Source of the DNA: Candidatus Micrarchaeia archaeon
Lineage (GTDB): Archaea > Micrarchaeota > Micrarchaeia > Anstonellales > J096
Direction of reading: 5' to 3'
NCBI GenBank assembly: GCA_041500405.1
Contig: JBGQMB010000005.1
Location: 1 to 33,612 of the forward strand
Length of the DNA stretch: 33,612 bases
The position numbers and the translations under genes are program-made. Below, piece by piece: positions 26,430 through 33,612 of this stretch (position 1 is the first letter of the stretch; every line of letters begins with the position of its first letter). A model generated the notes under the pieces. That model did not search any database. It was not told where the DNA came from and saw only the letters and a list, made by a program, of their open reading frames with translations.

Positions 26430-26659
26430 GTGCAGGTAGGGCATATCGGGTGTTCCTGTAAGAAAGGGATGCTTCCATTGGGGCTTCCAAATAGGTGTTC
26501 GGCCATTAGTGCGGTGAACTGGACTTCAACTCGCCGCGTGAAATCTGCGCCTGTTCTTAGCTCCCTTTGGTGCGAGGCAGATAACCATTAAAGCAAGCGG
26601 GGAGGTTAAGACCGTTACCTGCATTTGCTTATGGCACTTCCTCACCGAGTCCAGTTACC
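26430..26659 (+). ncRNA. candidate structured ncRNA with several pseudoknots, family unknown
   Basis: Closing helix 26430-26438/26616-26624, several internal hairpins with G-U pairs on the + strand, loop ACTGGACT 26518-26525 complementary to AGTCCAGT 26648-26655, and TATAA at 26407-26411. Confidence 0.55.
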
Positions 26660-29450
26660 TAAGCTTGGTCTTCTCAGCTTCCCACTCGCGTTTTAATGAC
26701 TCGAAAAGATATCCTGTGCTTGTGCCAAAATAGCCCGGACCCTTTTCAAAGACGTGGTCAAGGAATTTTTCCGGAGCTTTCTTGAAACCTATGAACGTCC
26801 TTGCGTCGTCTGCGAACGCGGACATCAGCTTGTCCCCGCCCCTTCTCTCGAACGCCGCCGAATGGCCTATTTCGCCTGTATTGACGCTTCCCTTCAGGTT
26901 GACGTATACAACGGCATAGGAGATTTTGCCCAGCGGCATATTGTCAGCAAGCGAAATGACCTTCCTGTAAACCTCAAGCTGCTTCCGATGTTCCCTGTCG
27001 GCGTCATTGGATATCTTCTTGTCTGTCTTGTAGTCAATTATCAGATGGCCGGAGCCGTGCTTGAGTATCGCGTCTATCTTTCCCGTAAGCCTGAAATCCT
27101 CGTTTATGCCAAAGACTTCCCTGACCCCTTCCGAAAGGTCGCGCTCAACATCAAGGAACTCGAATTTCCCGTACTTGGATTTTATGTCGTCCATGCACTT
27201 CAGGAAATTTGAAAACACCGTTCTTTCGTTCTCGTTCAAAAGGCCCTTGTCAGAGTGCTTTCCCCTGCCGTACTGCTCGAACAGGTGGTGCATCCTTGTC
27301 CCGAAGCCCAGCGCTGATTTTGAGGTTTCTGAAAAAGAGGAAAGGCCGAACACCCTTCCCAGCAGATAGGAATACGGGTCGCTTGACGACTGGGACACGC
27401 CGGAAAATGACATATGGTCCATCTTCGCGAAAAAGGACGCGGCAAGGCCGTGGAGCCAGTTGTCCGCAATCTCTTCCCCAATTATTTTCCTTGCCTTTTC
27501 CATGTCCTTTGAGACAAAATACTTCCAGGCCTCTATATAGTTGCTGTGCTGCCCCGCTGTTTCGGAAACTGTTTCGCTTGACGTTTCCTGCGAGCAAACG
27601 CCGTCAATGGCATAGCGCTCCGCCATCTCGTCCCTGTTCTGGCCGTCAGAGTTCAGGATTACCGCAAGGGAGTCCTTTGCCCTTGTGAACGCGACAAAGT
27701 CAACCCTGTCGTTTTCTCCCTCTATCTCCTCTGTTGCGTCTATGCCCATGCTCTCAAGAATGGACTCTGATATCATCTTGAACACAGGGAGGCTGTCCTT
27801 TCCTGAAGACGAGGGAATGTACACCACGGCATCGAACTGCATGCCCTTTGCCTTGTGGACAGTCAAAAGCGAAACCCCGCTTTCCTCTATTTTTGGCTCA
27901 AGCCCCTCGTCCATGATGTCTATGAACGCTGAAAGGCCCTGCATCGTGAAGCCGTCCCTCATTTCATAGAAGTGCCCTATCACCCTGTTGTGAAGCGCGC
28001 TCACGGACTCAAAATACTCGCCGCCCATCGAGACCGCGCACGGGAGTATCCTTTTGTTGAAAAGCTCCTTGATGAACGAGAATCCGGGCTTGATCTCTTT
28101 TGAATAAAGCATGCCCCTTATCTGTTCCATCGTGTGGCTGTCCTTGTTTGAGGACACTTCAAACGCCTTCCTGAGGTCAATCTCGGCAAACGGCGTGAAA
28201 AGGCCCAGCACGGCGTCGTCCTTCTTTTCGGAAAACAGCGCCCTGAGATAGATGGAGACCTCCTCCTTCGCCTCGTTGGACATCTTTCCGCCGGCATAGC
28301 TCTTGAATTTGATGCCGCTTGACATCAAAAGCTCCGCCAGTTCGTCAAGCTGTCTGTTTTTCCTTGCTATGATGCCCACGCTTTTGTTGTTTTTGGCGAT
28401 TTCCTTTATTTCCTTCAATGCAGCTGCGCTGGGGTCCTGCGCGAATATTATTCTCGGCTTTTCCCCGCTCCTGTCCTTGCTTCTCAGGACCCTGAGCTCC
28501 TCCGCGAACTTCTTGTTGGCTTCCGATGCGCTGAGCATGAACTTCTTCGCATAGTCCAGTATCTGCTGGGTGCTTCTCCGATTTAACCCGAGATTGAACG
28601 ACTTTCCGCCTTCCTTGAACGTGTCGAAGTTGGAGTATGCGCCGCCCTGGAACCCGAATATCGCCTGCTTCTTGTCGCCTACTGCGAACCTCTCCTTTCC
28701 GGATATTTTTGCGATTTTCGCCTCCATCTTGTTGACGTCCTGCAGTTCGTCGACCAAGACGTAGTCGTACTGCGTTCCATTGAAATGCTTCAGGAAAAGG
28801 ATATGCAAGTCGTTGAAGTCAATGTATTTCCTGTCCTTCCATCTCTCGTAGTGCGCAAAGGCGTCCATGAAGCACTCCATCACTTTCGCGGTCTCCTTTT
28901 CAGAGAACGAAATCTGCCTGTTTTTCCTTTTTTCAATGAGTATCCTTGACGCCTTTGCCATGTCGATAGTTTCAGGAAGCGCGCTGTAGCTCTTGAGGAA
29001 CCTTATGTTTTCCGCTATTGCCGGGATTATTGCGCCGGAGATGTAGTCCGTGCCGTAGTTGAAGGCCTTTGTCTCCAACAGCCTGTTGAGAAGCACATAC
29101 CTCCTTTCTGTGTCGGATACGATTTCGGACGGCATTCCCGGAACGCGCTCAATGAGGTAGGAAAGCGCAAAGCCGTGGAACGTGAAAACGTCCAGCTTCC
29201 CGAGGTTGAGCCTTATGCCCGCCTTTTTTGACATCTCTATTATCCTTTCCTCCATCTCCGCCTTCGCCCTTTCCGTGAACGTCAGGCACAATATCTTTTC
29301 CTGCGGGATTCCGCTTTCAACAAGATGGAGGTATTTGTACGCGATGGTTGCTGTCTTCCCTGTCCCTGGGTTGGCTATGACAAGCGTGTCGCCCTTGTTA
29401 AGGATTGCGGCCTTTTTCTCCGGGTCGTCAATGAGGTCCAGGATTGGCAT
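26655..29450 (-). CDS. UvrD/AddA-like SF1 helicase fused to a C-terminal PD-(D/E)XK nuclease
   Basis: Walker A ANPGTGKT, CLTFTERA, TFHGFA, Walker B LVDELQD, VGDKKQAIFGFQG, NRRSTQQI, TVHKAKGMQF, VAFTRAK; nuclease FGTRMH...GKIDAI...IIDYKT...QLEVY. Confidence 0.93.
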   Translation of the reverse strand: MPILDLIDDPEKKAAILNKGDTLVIANPGTGKTATIAYKYLHLVESGIPQEKILCLTFTERAKAEMEERIIEMSKKAGIRLNLGKLDVFTFHGFALSYLIERVPGMPSEIVSDTERRYVLLNRLLETKAFNYGTDYISGAIIPAIAENIRFLKSYSALPETIDMAKASRILIEKRKNRQISFSEKETAKVMECFMDAFAHYERWKDRKYIDFNDLHILFLKHFNGTQYDYVLVDELQDVNKMEAKIAKISGKERFAVGDKKQAIFGFQGGAYSNFDTFKEGGKSFNLGLNRRSTQQILDYAKKFMLSASEANKKFAEELRVLRSKDRSGEKPRIIFAQDPSAAALKEIKEIAKNNKSVGIIARKNRQLDELAELLMSSGIKFKSYAGGKMSNEAKEEVSIYLRALFSEKKDDAVLGLFTPFAEIDLRKAFEVSSNKDSHTMEQIRGMLYSKEIKPGFSFIKELFNKRILPCAVSMGGEYFESVSALHNRVIGHFYEMRDGFTMQGLSAFIDIMDEGLEPKIEESGVSLLTVHKAKGMQFDAVVYIPSSSGKDSLPVFKMISESILESMGIDATEEIEGENDRVDFVAFTRAKDSLAVILNSDGQNRDEMAERYAIDGVCSQETSSETVSETAGQHSNYIEAWKYFVSKDMEKARKIIGEEIADNWLHGLAASFFAKMDHMSFSGVSQSSSDPYSYLLGRVFGLSSFSETSKSALGFGTRMHHLFEQYGRGKHSDKGLLNENERTVFSNFLKCMDDIKSKYGKFEFLDVERDLSEGVREVFGINEDFRLTGKIDAILKHGSGHLIIDYKTDKKISNDADREHRKQLEVYRKVISLADNMPLGKISYAVVYVNLKGSVNTGEIGHSAAFERRGGDKLMSAFADDARTFIGFKKAPEKFLDHVFEKGPGYFGTSTGYLFESLKREWEAEKTKLR

Positions 29451-29525
29451 GATTAAGCCTTGCCGGATAGGGATTAAAAGGCTTTTACTTCCTGCCCCCC
29501 GTCCATGCGCCTATTTAATCTTTGC

Positions 29526-30533
29526 TCACACCGGGAAGTCCGCGGCGATGTGCACGCCAAACTTTTCGGCGTAGCCGCATATCGTGTCGGCGTAGCCTGC
29601 GATTTTCCTGGCAGAGCGTTTTTTCATCAGTTCAATGAATTCGGCCTGCATTCCTACGGTGTCCATGACATAGCGCTTTACCTTCTCCATGTCACAGAGG
29701 TCTTCCCTGCCGCCCGGGTATCTGAGCATTCCAATCAGCCGGTCCGCATGTTCCGGCTCCACATCATATATGGCCGTCAGCAGGCAGCTCACCGTGAACG
29801 GGTCAAGCTCGGTGCCTGCCACCGCAATCGCATAGCCGATGGCATGCCCCAGCGTCTTCACCCATTGCGGCTGGTAGTGCGGCCTGTACTCCCTTGGCAG
29901 CACTGCGGACAGGAAATCCGCGGTCTTGGCTATGCGGGCCGGGAGCGACAGGTTCATGCCCTTGATGCCTGCAGGATAGCTGGGGTAGGCGGTATCCTGG
30001 CCGTCGTAATTATCATGGTGCAGTCCTATCATGTCCCGCGCTATGCTCAATTCGGCGCTGTGGGCCGGGTCGCAGAAAATCCTCTCAAAGGCGCTGCCCA
30101 GGCTTATGTGCTCGTAGCGGAGTGTGGTCCTTTCCATATCGGCCATCCTCACGCCTTCAAAAAATACCAGCGGGCCTATGCGGATGCCGCGTTCCTTTGC
30201 CAGCAGGGCCATGGGCAGCAGGGTCTTGCCCACATCATGCGTGTACCCGCCGGCCCAAAGGTCCTTAGCGTCTATGCCCGCCGCTTCATGGTCGCCCCGC
30301 TTTCCGGCCTCGCTGCCAATCACCGAAGCCAATGTGCCCACCTCGCGGGAATGTGTCCGCGTATAATTGCCCTTTCCGTTGTCCATGCTGCTGAGGCGCT
30401 CGTCCGTAGCCTGCACAAACGCGTTTATTCCCTTTCCCCTGCCAGCCGCCTCTTCCACAAGCAGGTCCCTGTCCGCATGGAATCTTATGAACCCCTTATA
30501 GGCTGGCCTGTATAGGCGCACAACAGACAACAT
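29526..30533 (-). CDS. HD-GYP-like metal-dependent phosphohydrolase
   Basis: YTRTHSREV, THDVGK, HISLG, LHHDNYDG...SYPAG, ARIAKTADFLSA, REYR. Start uncertain (ATG 30533 or GTG 30611). Confidence 0.85.
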   Translation of the reverse strand: MLSVVRLYRPAYKGFIRFHADRDLLVEEAAGRGKGINAFVQATDERLSSMDNGKGNYTRTHSREVGTLASVIGSEAGKRGDHEAAGIDAKDLWAGGYTHDVGKTLLPMALLAKERGIRIGPLVFFEGVRMADMERTTLRYEHISLGSAFERIFCDPAHSAELSIARDMIGLHHDNYDGQDTAYPSYPAGIKGMNLSLPARIAKTADFLSAVLPREYRPHYQPQWVKTLGHAIGYAIAVAGTELDPFTVSCLLTAIYDVEPEHADRLIGMLRYPGGREDLCDMEKVKRYVMDTVGMQAEFIELMKKRSARKIAGYADTICGYAEKFGVHIAADFPV

Positions 30534-30686
30534 CGCGGCCTGAAACACGGGGACGCCGGCCGCTCGGCCTTCATTGGCGCGCCGGTCTGGTTTTTTAGCG
30601 TAAATTTGCACGAATCGTATTATGCACGGAAATCCTTTAAAATGCCCTGCGTCCGGGCGAGGCGGAGCAGAGAGGCGCCCTTCTTT

Positions 30687-31151
30687 TTATGCCTTGTCAT
30701 CCGCGCCGTCTTTCCCAGCTATTTCCTTTCCGCAGAAATCCGCTATTACGGGAATGCTGATGCCCTGTTTAACATAGGCCTTATACCCGAGGAAAATGCA
30801 GAAAACCGCCGCCAATGCCTGGAAAGCCGCAAGCGGGGGCGCCATGGCCTCCATAAAAGGCAATATGCTGAAGAACGCCTCCGGGCCCGCTGCCCCGTCT
30901 TGGGCGGCTATGGGCGCTGGGGCAAACATCTGCAAAAAGATGAGCACGAATGCGGCGCTTACCACTAGATTAAGGACAATCAAAACCGCGCCAAGCAAAA
31001 GCGACTGTTTGGCATGGAACGCCGCATAGTGCCCGCCTTTCCTTGCCATGATGACATAGAACGGCACTATGATGTTTATTACGGGTATCGGCAGATAGCA
31101 AAGGCCTGCAAGCATTGGCGCATACCTGTCTTTTCCGAATATGTCAATCAA
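30687..31151 (-). CDS. DUF4870/Tic20-like membrane protein
   Basis: LAGLCYL...AFHAKQSLLL...GYKAYVKQGISIPVI pattern; three TM segments; TTGA overlap with the upstream gene. Confidence 0.8.
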   Translation of the reverse strand: MIDIFGKDRYAPMLAGLCYLPIPVINIIVPFYVIMARKGGHYAAFHAKQSLLLGAVLIVLNLVVSAAFVLIFLQMFAPAPIAAQDGAAGPEAFFSILPFMEAMAPPLAAFQALAAVFCIFLGYKAYVKQGISIPVIADFCGKEIAGKDGADDKA

Positions 31152-31933
31152 CCAAAAAGGACGTTCCTGAGCACGTCTTCATATGTGCAGTAATCGCTTA
31201 TTGTGAACGCCGAGGCCAGCATGTTGACATACGTGCAGTCCATGGATATGCCCTTGTTTGCGTACGTCTGCTCTATGCCAGCGATTGTCATATCAGTCTT
31301 GATCAAGTCTATTACTGCAAACAGCGACGTTACTTCTTCAGGAAGCATGCTTTCGTCAACCTTGAGCCACGTGCACATCCTAAGGGCGTCTTTGGCCCTT
31401 GTCCTGAGAGACTCGAACGGCAGGCTGCTCAGGTCTATTGCCGATATTTTCTGCTCCGTCATCTCGGTTATGATATAGTCCTCTTCTGACAAGGAACTTT
31501 CTTTCATATGGACTGAGCCATAGTATGCGTCAAGGTCCCAGCGGGTCTTTCCCTGCTTGAATATGACCGTTCCGTTCATCCTGTCAGGAGGAACTGCCAT
31601 GCCGAGCTTGGACGCGTTTTCAGCGCTAAAATAAAGCTTGCATTTCACCGTCTCCCCTGCGGCATATGCCTCTGCCACGGTCTTGTTGGGCTCTGTTTCC
31701 GCAGACCCAGGCTCTCCGGCAGACTGGTTTTCCCCAGATGACTGGTTTGAGGCAGGGGTCTGGTTTCCAATCCCCCCCGTCTGGTTCGTCGCTGTTCCGC
31801 CGCCGGCAGGCGTTTCATTGCCGCCGAGCGAAGGCAGATGCCCTGAAAGCAGCACCAGTCCAAGCACAATTGCCAGTGCCACCACCAAGAATCCCAACAC
31901 TATTGTGATTATCAAAAGAGTATCGCTTTGCAT
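31148..31933 (-). CDS. membrane-anchored hypothetical protein with a Gly/Asn/Thr linker
   Basis: N-terminal TM helix, linker with N-x-T/S sequons, extracellular domain with four Cys. Confidence 0.75.
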   Translation of the reverse strand: MQSDTLLIITIVLGFLVVALAIVLGLVLLSGHLPSLGGNETPAGGGTATNQTGGIGNQTPASNQSSGENQSAGEPGSAETEPNKTVAEAYAAGETVKCKLYFSAENASKLGMAVPPDRMNGTVIFKQGKTRWDLDAYYGSVHMKESSLSEEDYIITEMTEQKISAIDLSSLPFESLRTRAKDALRMCTWLKVDESMLPEEVTSLFAVIDLIKTDMTIAGIEQTYANKGISMDCTYVNMLASAFTISDYCTYEDVLRNVLFG

Positions 31934-32035
31934 AAATTGGTAATGGGGCGATGCTATTTAATTCTTTTGCCGGTTGCGCCTCAAGGATAGGGTTAAAAAC
32001 CGTTTTCAGCATACAATGACACACTGTGAATACCT

Positions 32036-33031
32036 ATGGCTGCAAGGAACAAGGAAAGCAAGGAAGGGGAAAGGATAAATGAGCACATTAACGCCATATT
32101 TGATGGCGAGGGCAAGTATTACGATGAAATTATAAAGATGCTGGGCGGCAAGGGCAATGTCGACCGTTTGGCAGAGGCGCTAAATAAGACAGAAGAAATA
32201 GATCCCCTTGAGGCGAAGAGGGACCTTTTCAAGTTCCTTTACATCTACGGCGGCAGCAAAAAGGCCTATTCTGAGCTAAAAGGCATACTCAATTCCGAGG
32301 AAGGCGCGGAGGCGCCCAAAGAAATCAAGAAAAGGCTTGAGAAGCTTAGCAAAGCTGATATTACAACCGAGGATATAATGTCGCAAAGAAAGGATAGGAA
32401 GGGCGAGGCTATACTTGCTGGACTAAATATTAGCGCTGAATCCAAGGTGGCCATTCACACGTATGAGTCCCCTGAATGGGGGCAGGCAAAAAAGGAGGCT
32501 GTGGCGGAAAAGCAGCCTGAACCCAAAGCCATTTCATTGGTGGAGGCAATAGTGCCGAAAACGCTTGAGCCTGAACTGGAAAGGCGCAGGGGCGAGCTTG
32601 ATGAAGTGGCTGGAAGGGGCGGCCAGGGAGTGACCGTTTCCAAGGACGGAAAATACGCCAGCATAAACGTGTTCGGAAAAACGATGACAATAGGGTTTGT
32701 GCCTGACGCAAAGATAACCGAGGCCAGGGTAAGCAAGGACAACGAGATATACCTTGTTTTCACCAAGAAAAATGAAGTGAGCGGAAAGGCCGAGAAAAGC
32801 GTGGCATACATCAAGATGGAAGAGACCGAAAAGCGGAGGCTGTTGGGCATATTCGGAACGGACAAGCAGCAAAACATAACCCTGAAGTTCGAGGCGTACG
32901 GAAAGATGTACGAGAGCAAGTATGACGTCACGTCCGGAAAGCCGCTTTACCTGGGAGGAGACAAGAATCCGCCGATTGCCGCACAGATAGAGAATAAGGA
33001 AGGAAAATCGTTCCCCATCAAAGTCGGCTAA
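32036..33031 (+). CDS. hypothetical protein (helical N-half, beta-rich C-half)
   Basis: 331-aa ORF with host-like codon usage; no family recognised. Confidence 0.75.
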   Translation: MAARNKESKEGERINEHINAIFDGEGKYYDEIIKMLGGKGNVDRLAEALNKTEEIDPLEAKRDLFKFLYIYGGSKKAYSELKGILNSEEGAEAPKEIKKRLEKLSKADITTEDIMSQRKDRKGEAILAGLNISAESKVAIHTYESPEWGQAKKEAVAEKQPEPKAISLVEAIVPKTLEPELERRRGELDEVAGRGGQGVTVSKDGKYASINVFGKTMTIGFVPDAKITEARVSKDNEIYLVFTKKNEVSGKAEKSVAYIKMEETEKRRLLGIFGTDKQQNITLKFEAYGKMYESKYDVTSGKPLYLGGDKNPPIAAQIENKEGKSFPIKVG

Positions 33032-33035
33032 AAGG

Positions 33036-33612
33036 TCAAATTATTTTATGCATGAACAGCGGCAGGTTTATTGTCGTGTCGCCATAGAGCGTGACATGGG
33101 TGCCATGCTCCTGGATTTTTCCCCAGCTGACAGCCTCTTTTGACCTTGCGCCGCTCAGAGAGCCGTCCCACTCAAGCGCGGTTGTCAGGTAAACGGCGTA
33201 GTCAAGGCCGTCCCTTGCGATATTTGCCCCTATTATATGATGCTTGCTTATGCCGCCGCCGAGTATTATTGCCGCGGTCTTTTCCGCGTTCAATGTTATG
33301 TCCGCCAAATCCTTCATGTCTTTTGTAACGTCAATCATGAAGTTTTTGTTCTTCTGCTTGTAGAAATACGTCTGCAGCCCTATTGCGCCGTCCGTTATGC
33401 CGGGGCAGAACACCTTCACGCCCTTTTCGTGGCACTGCCTAAGGAATGAATATTTGTCCTTTGAGTTTTCATGGGCGTATTTCGCGAAATATGCCGCAAG
33501 CTCGGAAGGCGAGACGATGTTGCCCTTGTCCTTTACGCACTTTTCAACCACGGTCTTGAAAATCTCCTCAAAAAGGACATATCTGTCGCTTGGTACGAAA
33601 ATGTTGCCTATC
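33036..33612 (-). CDS. dys: deoxyhypusine synthase, 5' truncated by the window
   Basis: Frame continues to the edge (IGNIFVP...); FCPGITDGAIG, IILGGGISKHH, DGSLSGARSKEAVSWGK. Confidence 0.95.
   Translation of the reverse strand, partial: IGNIFVPSDRYVLFEEIFKTVVEKCVKDKGNIVSPSELAAYFAKYAHENSKDKYSFLRQCHEKGVKVFCPGITDGAIGLQTYFYKQKNKNFMIDVTKDMKDLADITLNAEKTAAIILGGGISKHHIIGANIARDGLDYAVYLTTALEWDGSLSGARSKEAVSWGKIQEHGTHVTLYGDTTINLPLFMHKII

Noticed and set aside
26430..26659. SRP RNA, group I intron or group II intron identity for the structured region
   Set aside because: No SRP helix 8 (CAGG-GNRA-AGCA), no bulged P7 G-binding site or P9/terminal G context, and no group II domain V.
26400..26660. RNase P RNA on the minus strand (GAGGAAGTGCC resembles CR-I)
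   Set aside because: No matching CR-V (ACAGAA..GGCUUA) able to form P4, G-U pairs favour the + strand, and its 5' end would abut the helicase stop.
26655..27450. Cas4 or CRISPR adaptation gene
   Set aside because: The nuclease domain lacks the four-Cys Fe-S motif and is the C-terminus of an AddA-like helicase.
29505..30515. 336-aa + strand ORF
   Set aside because: Antisense shadow of the HD-GYP gene in GC-rich sequence; no motifs.

Overview
Archaeal chromosomal segment. The gene set (archaeal GlyRS, RtcB, FEN-1, aMBF1, KaiC-like ATPase, deoxyhypusine synthase), the TTTAAA TATA boxes ~25 nt before start codons and the many orphan ORFs suggest a DPANN lineage, possibly Micrarchaeota-like (inference). 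It holds about 33 CDSs, a tRNA-Ser(GCT), an AT-rich LAGLIDADG intein in rtcB and a RelE-type toxin-antitoxin pair beside the tRNA. Three regions are unexplained. (1) A ~230-nt intergenic + strand sequence (26430-26659) folds by eye into a closed multi-helix RNA with several loop-tail and loop-loop pseudoknots, follows a TATA-like box and matches no RNA family I recognise. (2) A three-gene cluster (4435-9264) encodes a 1295-aa secreted protein full of amphipathic beta-strands, a possibly SecB-like small protein and a secreted protein ending in a bacterial-style outer-membrane beta-signal, i.e. beta-barrel-like proteins in an archaeon. (3) A KaiC / multi-winged-helix / long coiled-coil cluster (15180-19955). 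All calls are from motif recognition by eye; no searches or folding programs were run.
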